NCBI GenBank assembly: GCA_045538345.1
Contig: JAZSRE010000046.1
Location: 1 to 36,296, forward strand
Length of the DNA stretch: 36,296 bases
Origin: Clostridia bacterium
GTDB lineage: Bacteria; Bacillota; Clostridia; Monoglobales; Firm-18
Direction: 5' to 3'
The notes under the pieces are model-generated. The model was not told the DNA's origin. It ran no database searches and saw only the letters and a list, made by a program, of their open reading frames with translations. Shown here in pieces: positions 25,162-32,968 of the stretch (positions are counted from its first letter, which is position 1; every line of letters starts with the position of its first letter). Made by a program: the position numbers and the translations under genes.

Positions 25162-26495
25162 ATGGTACGTACTTATATTAACGAAGTTAAAAATAATCTT
25201 GGTAATACAATTACAATAAAGGGTTTTGTTGACAGTATCCGTGATACAAAATATGTTGTTTTTATGACAATTAAGGATATTACAGGTACAGTTCAGGCAA
25301 CAGTTGAAAAGGAAACAAACGCTGCCCTTGCTGCAAGTCTTGAGGGACTTACAAATGACTCGGTTGTTACAATTACAGGTAAGGCTGTTGAAAATGAATA
25401 TGTAAAACTTCATGGATATGAAATAATTCCTGATGAAGTTGTAATAGAAAGTATTGCAGATGCGTTGCCTATTAACAGAAAGGAAATTCCTGCTACTAAA
25501 AAGAAAAAGGCTGTTGAGCGTTCAAGTATAGACCAGAGAATAGATTACAGATGGATTGACCTTAGAACAGATGAAAACCAGATGATGTTTAAGGTACAGA
25601 CTGTTATGGTTAATGCTATGCGTAAATTCCTTTTGGATAATAACTTTATTGAAATTCATACTCCAAAGCTTATCGGTACAGCCAGTGAAAGTGGTTCGGA
25701 CGTATTTGAAGTAAAATATTTTGACCGTAACGCATACCTTGCACAGAGCCCTCAGTTTTACAAACAGATGGCTATGGCAAGCGGTTTTGAAAGAATTTTT
25801 GAAGTGGGGCCTGTGTTCCGTGCAGAAAAGTCTTTCACAAGTAAGCATACAACAGAATTTACAGGTTTTGATCTTGAATTTTCATATGTTGATTCTTTCT
25901 ATGATGTAATGAAAATGGAAGAAGATCTTATGACATATATGCTTAAGGAAGTCAAGGAAAGTACGGAGAAGAAATTAAAGAACTTTTTGGACTTGATGTT
26001 GTTGTACCCGAAACTCCATTCCCTATAATGAAGCTTGCAGATCTTTATGATGAGCTTGAGAAGGAATTTGGCTATAAGGTTGACGATTCTGAAAAAGGAG
26101 ACCTTACAACAGAAGCCGAAAGATTAAGTTATGATTTGGTTAAAAAGAAATATAATCACGAATTTTTGTTTGTAACAGATTTTGATGCCGAAAAACGTGC
26201 GTTCTATCATATGCGTGATGAAAAGGGTATCCCTCAGGGCTATGACCTTATCTGGAGAGGTGTTGAAATTACAACAGGTGCTCAGCGTGAACACAGATAC
26301 GAAGTGCTTGCAAAACAGGCTGCTGAAAAGGGTCTTGAAAAGGATGTTGAATTCTATTTGGAATTCTTTAAATACGGTTGTCCTCCACACGGCGGTTTCG
26401 GTATTGGTGTAGACAGACTTACAATGCTTATGCTTGGTCTTCACATTAAAGATTCTATGTTTATTTTCCGTGGGCCAAACAGGCTTAACCCATAA
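25162..26495 (+). pseudogene. aspS: Archaeal/type-2 aspartyl-tRNA synthetase split by a 1-nt frameshift near 25958-25961
   Basis: The N-terminal fragment is MVRTYINEV... with an OB fold and class II motifs (FRAEKSFTSKHTTEF). Its natural continuation KYGEEIKELFGLDVVVPETPFPIMKLADLY...GGFGIGVDRLTMLMLG...FRGPNRLNP is in the -1 frame, which is open from 25947. The two ORF-track pieces are 25102..26028 and 26028..26495. Confidence 0.8.
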
Positions 26496-26501
26496 GTAAT
26501 C

Positions 26502-26535
26502 AAAGGAACTGTTTATTTGACAGTTCCTTTTTATT
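26502..26535 (+). terminator. Rho-independent terminator after aspS
   Basis: AAGGAACTG-loop-CAGTTCCTT followed by TTTTATTT. Confidence 0.7.
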
Positions 26536-26579
26536 TAATAAAAATATAATTTGTTAAAATATTTGCGGGATGTGGTTGT

Positions 26580-27260
26580 ATGAATGAACTTCAAAAAAGT
26601 TTATTTGCATTGCAGGATATAGAATATAAAAAATTCCACAGCAAGCTTATGCCTACGGTGGATGAGAATAAAATCATAGGTATACGCATACCTGTTCTTC
26701 GTAAGTTTGCAAATGAGTTTGCAAAGAAAGAGGAGGCTAAGAAATTTCTTTCAAAGCTTCCGCACACCTATTATGAGGAGGATAATCTTCACGCCTTTGT
26801 ACTTGAAAAAGAAAAAAATTTTGAAAAAGCTTTAAAGCTTACGGAAGAATTTTTGCCTTATATTGATAATTGGGCAACCTGCGATATGTTTTTTCCAAAA
26901 GTGTTCGTAAAAAATAAGGAAAAAATTTTTGAATATGCAAAAAATTGGATGAAAAGTGAACATCCTTATACCATACGATACGGTATAGGAATTATGATGA
27001 GGTTGTTTTTGGATGAGGATTTTAAAGAAGAGTATTTAGAACTTGTTGCTTCCGTAAAATCTGATGGATACTATGTGAATATGATGATTTCCTGGTACTT
27101 TGCTACGGCTTTGGCAAAGCAATATAAATCGGCGGTAAAATATATTGAACAAAAAAAGCTGGATGTGTGGGTGCACAATAAGACTATACAAAAAGCGGTA
27201 GAAAGCTACCGTATTTCGGGTGAAATTAAAGAATATTTAAAAATATTAAAAATTAAATGA
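26580..27260 (+). CDS. DNA alkylation repair protein (AlkD-like HEAT-repeat family)
   Basis: 226 aa. LQDIEYKKFHSKLMPTVDENKIIGIRIPVLRKFANEF...DNWATCD resembles the PF08713 family. Confidence 0.65.
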   Translation: MNELQKSLFALQDIEYKKFHSKLMPTVDENKIIGIRIPVLRKFANEFAKKEEAKKFLSKLPHTYYEEDNLHAFVLEKEKNFEKALKLTEEFLPYIDNWATCDMFFPKVFVKNKEKIFEYAKNWMKSEHPYTIRYGIGIMMRLFLDEDFKEEYLELVASVKSDGYYVNMMISWYFATALAKQYKSAVKYIEQKKLDVWVHNKTIQKAVESYRISGEIKEYLKILKIK

Positions 27261-27269
27261 TTTTATTGA

Positions 27270-27298
27270 TTGACAACACATTTTAAAAGTATTATCAT
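27270..27298 (+). promoter_or_regulatory. sigmaA promoter of the G3E gene pair (TTGACA-17-TATCAT)
   Basis: TTGACA 27270-27275, 17-nt spacer, TATCAT 27293-27298. A 5-4-5 palindrome AGTAT-TATC-ATACT (27288-27301) overlaps the -10. Confidence 0.55.
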
Positions 27299-27321
27299 AC
27301 TAATAAAGGGAGAGGATTTAT

Positions 27322-28401
27322 ATGACAAAAATCGACATTTTTTCAGGTTTTTTGGGTGCAGGAAAAACTACACTTATAAAAAAACTTGTCCAGGAAGCCT
27401 ACAAAGGGGAAAAGATAGTAATTATAGAAAATGAATTTGGTGAAATAGGTATAGACGGAGGTTTTTTAAAGGATGCGGGGATTCAGGTTAACGAGATGAA
27501 TTCGGGATGTATTTGTTGCAGTCTTGTTGGTGATTTTGGTATTGCCTTAAAAAAAGTGCTTGATGAGTATTCTCCTGACAGAATACTTATTGAACCTTCA
27601 GGTGTAGGTAAATTAAGTGATGTTATAAAAGCAGTTTCCAACCTTGAAATGGATAATGCTTGTCTTAATGGATATGCAACTGTTGTAGATGCCAACAAAT
27701 GCAAAATGTATATGAAAAATTTTGGAGAGTTTTTTAATGACCAGATTGAAAGTGCAGGTTGTATAGTTTTAAGTCATACAGGAAACATAAATCACGATAA
27801 AATTCATACCTGTGTTGAAATGATAAAGGAACATAATCACAATGCGATTATTGTTACAACACCTTGGGAGGATCTTGACGGAAAACAGCTTCTTGAAGCA
27901 ATTGAACGCAGTAACTCACTTGATGCGGATATTGAAGAACTAGAGCACGAACATCACCATGACCATGGGAAAGAATGCGGATGTGGACATCATCATCACG
28001 ACCATGATGAAGACTGTCACTGCGGGCATCACCATGACCATGACGAAAAATGTGAATGTGGGCATCACCACCATGACCATGATGAGGAATGTCACTGCGG
28101 ACACGAACATCACCATCATCATGCTGATGAGGTTTTCACAAGCTGGGGTGTTGAAACAGTAAACAAATATAATGCTGATGAAATAAAGAAATGCCTTGAA
28201 CAGTTTACTGATGAAGATAAATTCGGTATGATTTTACGTGCAAAGGGTATTGTTGCAGGTGAAGACGGTAACTGGATACACTTTGATTATGTTCCCGGTG
28301 AACCTGATGTGCGTACAGGGGCTGCAGATGTAACAGGCAGAATCTGTGTAATCGGTTCAAAAATAAATGAAGAAGAAATAGCAAAGCTATTTAATATATA
28401 A
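27322..28401 (+). CDS. COG0523/G3E-family P-loop GTPase (CobW/ZigA/YeiR-like metallochaperone) with a His/Cys-rich insert
   Basis: GFLGAGKTT Walker A, ENEFGE, the GCICCS CxCC motif, IEPSG, a 59-aa His/Cys/Asp insert, and a CobW_C-like tail (ILRAKGIV...RICVIGSKI). Confidence 0.88.
   Translation: MTKIDIFSGFLGAGKTTLIKKLVQEAYKGEKIVIIENEFGEIGIDGGFLKDAGIQVNEMNSGCICCSLVGDFGIALKKVLDEYSPDRILIEPSGVGKLSDVIKAVSNLEMDNACLNGYATVVDANKCKMYMKNFGEFFNDQIESAGCIVLSHTGNINHDKIHTCVEMIKEHNHNAIIVTTPWEDLDGKQLLEAIERSNSLDADIEELEHEHHHDHGKECGCGHHHHDHDEDCHCGHHHDHDEKCECGHHHHDHDEECHCGHEHHHHHADEVFTSWGVETVNKYNADEIKKCLEQFTDEDKFGMILRAKGIVAGEDGNWIHFDYVPGEPDVRTGAADVTGRICVIGSKINEEEIAKLFNI
27946..28122 (+). repeat. In-frame tandem coding repeat: four CxCG-H(3-5)-DHDE-type units
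   Basis: HEHHHDHGKE-CGCGHHHHDHDED-CHCGHHHDHDEK-CECGHHHHDHDEE-CHCGHEHHHHH, with units of 36-39 nt. By hand count there are 27 His and 8 Cys in 59 residues. Confidence 0.85.
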
Positions 28402-28414
28402 CGGAGGGATAATA

Positions 28415-29359
28415 ATGCAGGAGACTCCCGTATATTTATTTACAGGATTTCTGGAAAGTGGTAAAACCAGGTTTATTCAGGGCTTTTTGGAGGACGAACG
28501 TTTTAATTCAAATGATAACACCCTGCTTCTTGTATGCGAAGAAGGTGTTGAGGAATATGACAGCAGTAAATTTAAGGTAGACAATGTTTTTATTGAATAC
28601 ATTGATAATGAAGATAATCTTACTGAAGAAGCATTAAAAAAGTTGCAGAAAAAACACAAAATCAACCGAGTGGTTATAGAGTATAACGGTATGTGGAGTT
28701 TGAATACTCTTTTTGATGCTATGCCTTACGGGTGGCTTATTTACCAGGAAATGATGTTTGCACAGGCAAATAATTTTATAAGCTATAATAAAAATATGCG
28801 TCAGCTTACTGTTGAAAAACTACAAGGCGCAAATATGGTTATTTTAAATCGTTGTACCGATGACCTTGACCGTATGGAGATACATAAAATTGTCCGTGGG
28901 GTTTCAAGAGATGCAGATATTGCATACGAATTTTCTGAAAATCGTGTGGAATATGACGATATTGAGGATCCGTTGCCATTTGATATAGAGGCAGATGTAA
29001 TTGATATCAAAGATGAAAATTACGCAATATGGTACAGAGATTTATCTGAAGAAATGGAAAAATATATAGGTAAGACTGTTCGTTTTAAAGGTATAGTTGC
29101 ACACGATAATTCTTTTCCAAAAAACACAGTTGTTGTAGGCAGGCACGTTATGGTGTGTTGTGAAGAGGATATAACGTATCGTGGGCTTGTGTGTAAAGGC
29201 GTGGTTGTAAGTGGCCTTAAAAAACGCGACTGGATTATAGTAACCGCAAAAATCACAAAGGAATTTCATGAAATGTATGAAGAGGAAGGCCCCGTACTTT
29301 ATGCAACAGAAATTAAAAGAACCTCCGAGCCCGACCAACAGGTTGTTACATTCTATTGA
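28415..29359 (+). CDS. Degenerate G3E-like P-loop domain fused to a DUF1980/TIGR03943-like C-terminal CC domain
   Basis: The N-terminus has YLFTGFLESGKTRF (Walker A), LLLVCEEGVEE, VVIEYNG and ILNRCTD, with no CxCC motif. The C-terminus is KTVRFKGIVAHD...VVVGRHVMVCCEEDITYRGLVCKG...WIIVTAKI. The gene starts 13 nt after the previous gene and has a GGAGGG RBS. Confidence 0.6.
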   Translation: MQETPVYLFTGFLESGKTRFIQGFLEDERFNSNDNTLLLVCEEGVEEYDSSKFKVDNVFIEYIDNEDNLTEEALKKLQKKHKINRVVIEYNGMWSLNTLFDAMPYGWLIYQEMMFAQANNFISYNKNMRQLTVEKLQGANMVILNRCTDDLDRMEIHKIVRGVSRDADIAYEFSENRVEYDDIEDPLPFDIEADVIDIKDENYAIWYRDLSEEMEKYIGKTVRFKGIVAHDNSFPKNTVVVGRHVMVCCEEDITYRGLVCKGVVVSGLKKRDWIIVTAKITKEFHEMYEEEGPVLYATEIKRTSEPDQQVVTFY

Positions 29360-29419
29360 TAAAAAGCATTTTGTACAAATAAAAAGTCAGTTTCCTTAAA
29401 TAAAAGTAATGTTTGTGCA

Positions 29420-29448
29420 TTGATTTATACAAATAATTGTGATAGAAT
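29420..29448 (+). promoter_or_regulatory. Putative sigmaA promoter of the GH105 gene (TTGATT-17-TGaTAGAAT)
   Basis: TTGATT 29420-29425, 17-nt spacer, TAGAAT 29443-29448 with TGa. Confidence 0.45.
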
Positions 29449-29488
29449 ATTATTTAAGGGAAAACTCGATTAGAAACGGAGGGTTTTT

Positions 29489-30589
29489 ATGAAACCAAGT
29501 ATTATAGCAAAAAAATTATGGGATAAATGTGTGGAGATTCAAAATGGTATTGGAGCAAACTCAACTTACGGTGCTGCACCTTTATTTAGTTACCCTGGCA
29601 TACTTACTATGTATGCAGCTGCTCAGGCGGCAGTTCATTCTGGCGATGAGGAATGGATTGACGGTGTAAACAGTTATCTTAAAAAATATCCATTTGAATT
29701 TGAAGAACCCGGTACTAAATTTAATTATAACTTTGAAAACTATCGTGTGGGAGGCCTTGGTAAGGGTTGGATGATGATGCACGGTTACTTTAAGGACCAC
29801 GAAAATGTTCTTAGAGAATATGCAGAAAAAACCATAAATGGTGTACATAGTTATGATGGTGTTTTAAGCGGAATCAACTTCCCGGGCAAAACAAAGGTAT
29901 GGATTGATATTGCTTTTTGTGTAACTCCATTTATGTTGTATTCGGGATTGGTGCTTAACGAGCCCAAGTACATAGATTATGCAGTTGACCAGTGCTTTAA
30001 AATGTATGATATTTTCATGGATAAGTCAAATGGCCTTTTACACCAAACAAGAGGTTTTATGGAAGACCCTGATAAAATTTCTGAGGACCATTGGTCAAGA
30101 GGTAACGGCTGGGGTATTATAGGTATGGTAGAGCTTGTAAGATATCTTCCAAAAGACCATCCAAAATACAATGAGGCGGTTGAAAAATTCAAAGCTCATT
30201 GTGCTGCTCTTATAAAATATCAGGATTTCAGAGGTCTTTGGAGGCAGGAAATTCCTGAAAAACTGGCTTGGGAAGAATCCTCAGGCACAGGGCTTATTCT
30301 TTATGCAATTGGTATTGGTATCAGAATGGGAGTTCTTGATAAAGAAACATATATGCCTGTTTTTAAAAAGGGTATTGATGGGTTGTACCAGTTCTGCGTT
30401 ACACCTGATTATTCGGTTGAAAAATGTTGCAGCGGTTGTCTATGCCCTGGTGTTGGGGAAATGAAGGGAACGGTTGAAGCTTACCTTGTTATTCCTACTC
30501 CTGTAAAGAATGACAGCCACGCATTTGGCCCTGTAATTCTTGCTATGGTAGAAGCAGAAAAAAATGGCATTGAAAATCTTGTAAAATAA
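29489..30589 (+). CDS. GH105 unsaturated rhamnogalacturonyl/uronyl hydrolase (YteR/YesR-like), no signal peptide
   Basis: 366 aa with the DHWSRGNGW motif (GH105-type RGNGW, not the GH88-type RGQAW) and an alpha/alpha-barrel-like sequence. Confidence 0.8.
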   Translation: MKPSIIAKKLWDKCVEIQNGIGANSTYGAAPLFSYPGILTMYAAAQAAVHSGDEEWIDGVNSYLKKYPFEFEEPGTKFNYNFENYRVGGLGKGWMMMHGYFKDHENVLREYAEKTINGVHSYDGVLSGINFPGKTKVWIDIAFCVTPFMLYSGLVLNEPKYIDYAVDQCFKMYDIFMDKSNGLLHQTRGFMEDPDKISEDHWSRGNGWGIIGMVELVRYLPKDHPKYNEAVEKFKAHCAALIKYQDFRGLWRQEIPEKLAWEESSGTGLILYAIGIGIRMGVLDKETYMPVFKKGIDGLYQFCVTPDYSVEKCCSGCLCPGVGEMKGTVEAYLVIPTPVKNDSHAFGPVILAMVEAEKNGIENLVK

Positions 30590-30604
30590 TAAATACATAT
30601 TTGG

Positions 30605-30631
30605 GGACTGTAAAAATTTACAGTCCTTTTT
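30605..30631 (+). terminator. Rho-independent terminator after GH105
   Basis: GGACTGTAAA-AA-TTTACAGTCC followed by TTTT. Confidence 0.7.
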
Positions 30632-30687
30632 ACTGCATAAAAAAATTCTTTTTCCACATAATAATTTGTGTTGGGAGTTAATATACT

Positions 30688-31068
30688 ATGGAATGTGCAG
30701 TTGTGTTTTTGTTTGGTGCTATAAATTATATGGCAATAGAAATTTTGTGGAGAGGATATACTCATTGGACAATGGCAATAGCAGGGGGGCTTTGTGCCAT
30801 GTTTATTTATATTATAAATATGAAGTTTAAAGGGCTGAATTTGATTTGCAAAGCCTTTGTTGGAGCATTGCTTATAATATTTTTAGAATTGATAATAGGA
30901 ATTATTATCAATATAATATTGAGATGGAATGTGTGGGATTATTCACAAAAAACCTTTAATTTTATGGGGCAAATATGCCTTGAATATTTTATTTTATGGT
31001 TTTTTCTTTGTATCCCTGTATTTAAATTATTTAATTATTTTCAAGAAAAGATTGTTGAGCAAGGGTAA
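30688..31068 (+). CDS. Small polytopic membrane protein (DUF1113, 'putative ABC-transporter type IV' family-like)
   Basis: 126 aa with four hydrophobic segments. EILWRGYTHW and WDYSQKTFNFMGQICLEY resemble PF06541. Confidence 0.55.
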   Translation: MECAVVFLFGAINYMAIEILWRGYTHWTMAIAGGLCAMFIYIINMKFKGLNLICKAFVGALLIIFLELIIGIIINIILRWNVWDYSQKTFNFMGQICLEYFILWFFLCIPVFKLFNYFQEKIVEQG

Positions 31069-31074
31069 AAGAAG

Positions 31075-31110
31075 AGGGAAGTAAAACTTTTGTTTTACTT
31101 CCCTTATTTT
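31075..31110. terminator. Bidirectional terminator between convergent genes
   Basis: GGGAAGTAAAAC-TTTT-GTTTTACTTCCC perfect 12-bp stem, followed by TTATTTTT. Confidence 0.75.
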
Positions 31111-32138
31111 TATAACAAATCGGCTATATCCAGGATTAGTTTTTCAGATTTCTCCCAACCAAGGCAAGGGTCAGTAATAGACTTTCCGTAAATGCCGTCC
31201 CCTATTTTTTGAGCACCATCTTCTATATAGCTTTCTATCATAAATCCTTTTACTAGTTTTTTAATATCGTTACTGTGTCTGCAACTGTGCAAAACTTCTT
31301 TGCAAATTCGAACCTGTTCTAAATATTGTTTATTTGAATTTGCATGGTTTGTATCTATAATAAGAGCCATATTTTCAACATTTTTTTCGGAATATGTATT
31401 GTAAAGTCTTATTAAATCCTCATAGTGATAGTTGGGGAATGACTGACCGTCCTTATCAATATAACCTCTTAAAATTGCATGTGCAAGAGGGTTACCTTTA
31501 GTTTCAACTTCCCAACTATTGTATATAAAGGTGTGAGAATGTGTTGCGGCAACAATTGAATTAAGCATAACCGAATAGTCACCACTTGTAGGGTTTTTCA
31601 TACCTACAGGTATATCCATACCGCTTGATACAAGACGGTGTTGTTGATTTTCAACAGACCTTGCACCTACTGTAACGTAGGAAAGTATGTCTGAAAGGTA
31701 GCTGTAGTTTTCCGGGTACAGCATTTCATCTGCACAGAAAAAACCTGTTTCTGAAATAACCTGAGTATGTAAATTCCTTATTGCCATTATACCTTTTAGC
31801 ATATCGGGTTTTTCATTTGGGTTTGGCTGGTGTACCATGCCTTTGTACCCGTCACCTGTTGTACGGGGTTTGTTTGTGTATACACGAGGTATTATAAGTA
31901 TTTTGTCTTTTACCTTTTCCTGAACCTTCGCAAGCCTGTGCATATAGTCCATAACAGAGTCGGTACAGTCTGCCGAGCAGGGACCTATAATAAGTATAAA
32001 CTTATCGGATTTACCCGTGAATACGTCTGAAATCATTTTATCTCTTATTTTTTTTTGCTCTGCAAAAGCAGGAGGAAGAGGAACCTGATTTTTTATTTCA
32101 TCTCCTGTTGGAAGTTTTCTTTCAAATTTCATGTGCAT
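31110..32138 (-). CDS. aroG: 3-deoxy-7-phosphoheptulonate (DAHP) synthase, AroF/G/H-like class I
   Basis: FILIIGPCSADCTDSVMDY...IPRVYTNKPRTT...GYKGMVHQP...IDTNHANS motifs. Start placed at ATG 32138 (MHMKFERK), with AAAGGA 8 nt upstream. Confidence 0.85.
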   Translation of the reverse strand: MHMKFERKLPTGDEIKNQVPLPPAFAEQKKIRDKMISDVFTGKSDKFILIIGPCSADCTDSVMDYMHRLAKVQEKVKDKILIIPRVYTNKPRTTGDGYKGMVHQPNPNEKPDMLKGIMAIRNLHTQVISETGFFCADEMLYPENYSYLSDILSYVTVGARSVENQQHRLVSSGMDIPVGMKNPTSGDYSVMLNSIVAATHSHTFIYNSWEVETKGNPLAHAILRGYIDKDGQSFPNYHYEDLIRLYNTYSEKNVENMALIIDTNHANSNKQYLEQVRICKEVLHSCRHSNDIKKLVKGFMIESYIEDGAQKIGDGIYGKSITDPCLGWEKSEKLILDIADLL

Positions 32139-32211
32139 TATAATCATCCTTTTGATTTCTGTTGTTTGTTTTATTATTTTGAAACTTGCCAAAAATTTAA
32201 ATATTTACTCA

Positions 32212-32240
32212 ATTTTATCACATTTTTTTAAATAATTCAA
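32212..32240 (-). promoter_or_regulatory. Putative sigmaA promoter of the DAHP synthase gene (TTGAAT-17-TGaTAAAAT)
   Basis: On the minus strand, TTGAAT (32240..32235), a 17-nt spacer, then TAAAAT (32217..32212) preceded by TGa. Confidence 0.4.
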
Positions 32241-32245
32241 CATTT

Positions 32246-32968
32246 TTATTCATCTGCTGATACTGTTGCAAGTGTTACAGAATATACTGCTAAGGCACCG
32301 TTTTTCTTTAGTACACGTGCACATTCGTTTACGGTGCTTCCCGTTGTAAATACATCATCAACAAGAAGTATAGCCTTGTCCGTAATCAGGTGGCTGTTTC
32401 GTACAGTAAAAGCATTTTTGATATTTAGTATACGTTCTTTGTATTTAAGACCGCTTTGAGTTTTTATCCCTGCCTTTTTATAAAGTACTTTTGTTGCAAT
32501 GGGGATATTAAGCCTTTCTGATATAATCTGTGCCATTTCAAATGATTGATTAAATCCTCTTTTAAGTTCACTTAGAGGGGTCATTGGTACGTAGAGAATA
32601 TAGTCGAATTTTATATCGGAATATTCTGTTTCTACAGTTTTTAAAAGAGCTTCTCCAAACTTAAAAGCAATCCATTGACGGCTTTTGAATTTCATGTTAT
32701 GGATTCCCTCTTTTATACAACCCTTATATAAATACCGAGAAACATTTTTTGCGTAATATATTTTCTTATTTTTACAAACAGCGCAAGTATTATCTCTGTT
32801 TTCTGCTATTGGTTTTCCGCATATATTACACGTGGCGTTGTTATTTGGAAAGAATGTTTTGCTGCATTCGTAGCAAAACATAGGAGAAGACCCTAAAGGC
32901 ATATTGCAACCACATGCTATACATTTTGGAGGAGATATTATATTAATTAAATAGTCTTTTAATTTCAT
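32246..32968 (-). CDS. comFC: ComF family protein (ComFC-type phosphoribosyltransferase with N-terminal double zinc ribbon)
   Basis: N-terminal CIACGC...CYEC...CNICG...CAVC, and a C-terminal PRTase loop ILLVDDVFTTGSTV. Confidence 0.85.
   Translation of the reverse strand: MKLKDYLINIISPPKCIACGCNMPLGSSPMFCYECSKTFFPNNNATCNICGKPIAENRDNTCAVCKNKKIYYAKNVSRYLYKGCIKEGIHNMKFKSRQWIAFKFGEALLKTVETEYSDIKFDYILYVPMTPLSELKRGFNQSFEMAQIISERLNIPIATKVLYKKAGIKTQSGLKYKERILNIKNAFTVRNSHLITDKAILLVDDVFTTGSTVNECARVLKKNGALAVYSVTLATVSADE

Noticed and set aside
25940-26030. Programmed -1 ribosomal frameshift in aspS.
   Set aside because: There is no X XXY YYZ slippery heptamer in the interval where both frames are open and homology switches (25947-25962). 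The CTTTTTG further downstream lies after the homologous frame has already resumed. A simple 1-nt indel at the A-run explains it better.
27261-27321. Zur box upstream of the COG0523 pair.
   Set aside because: I find no match to the Firmicutes Zur consensus (AAATCGTAATnATTACGATTT-like). Only a short 5-4-5 palindrome (AGTAT-TATC-ATACT) overlaps the -10, which is too weak to call.
27940-28162. Repeat array or extra ORFs (27940..28122 minus, 27959..28162 plus) that might suggest CRISPR-like or other non-coding repeats.
   Set aside because: The periodicity comes from in-frame His/Cys/Asp codon repeats within the COG0523 gene. There are no spacers and no repeat-spacer architecture.
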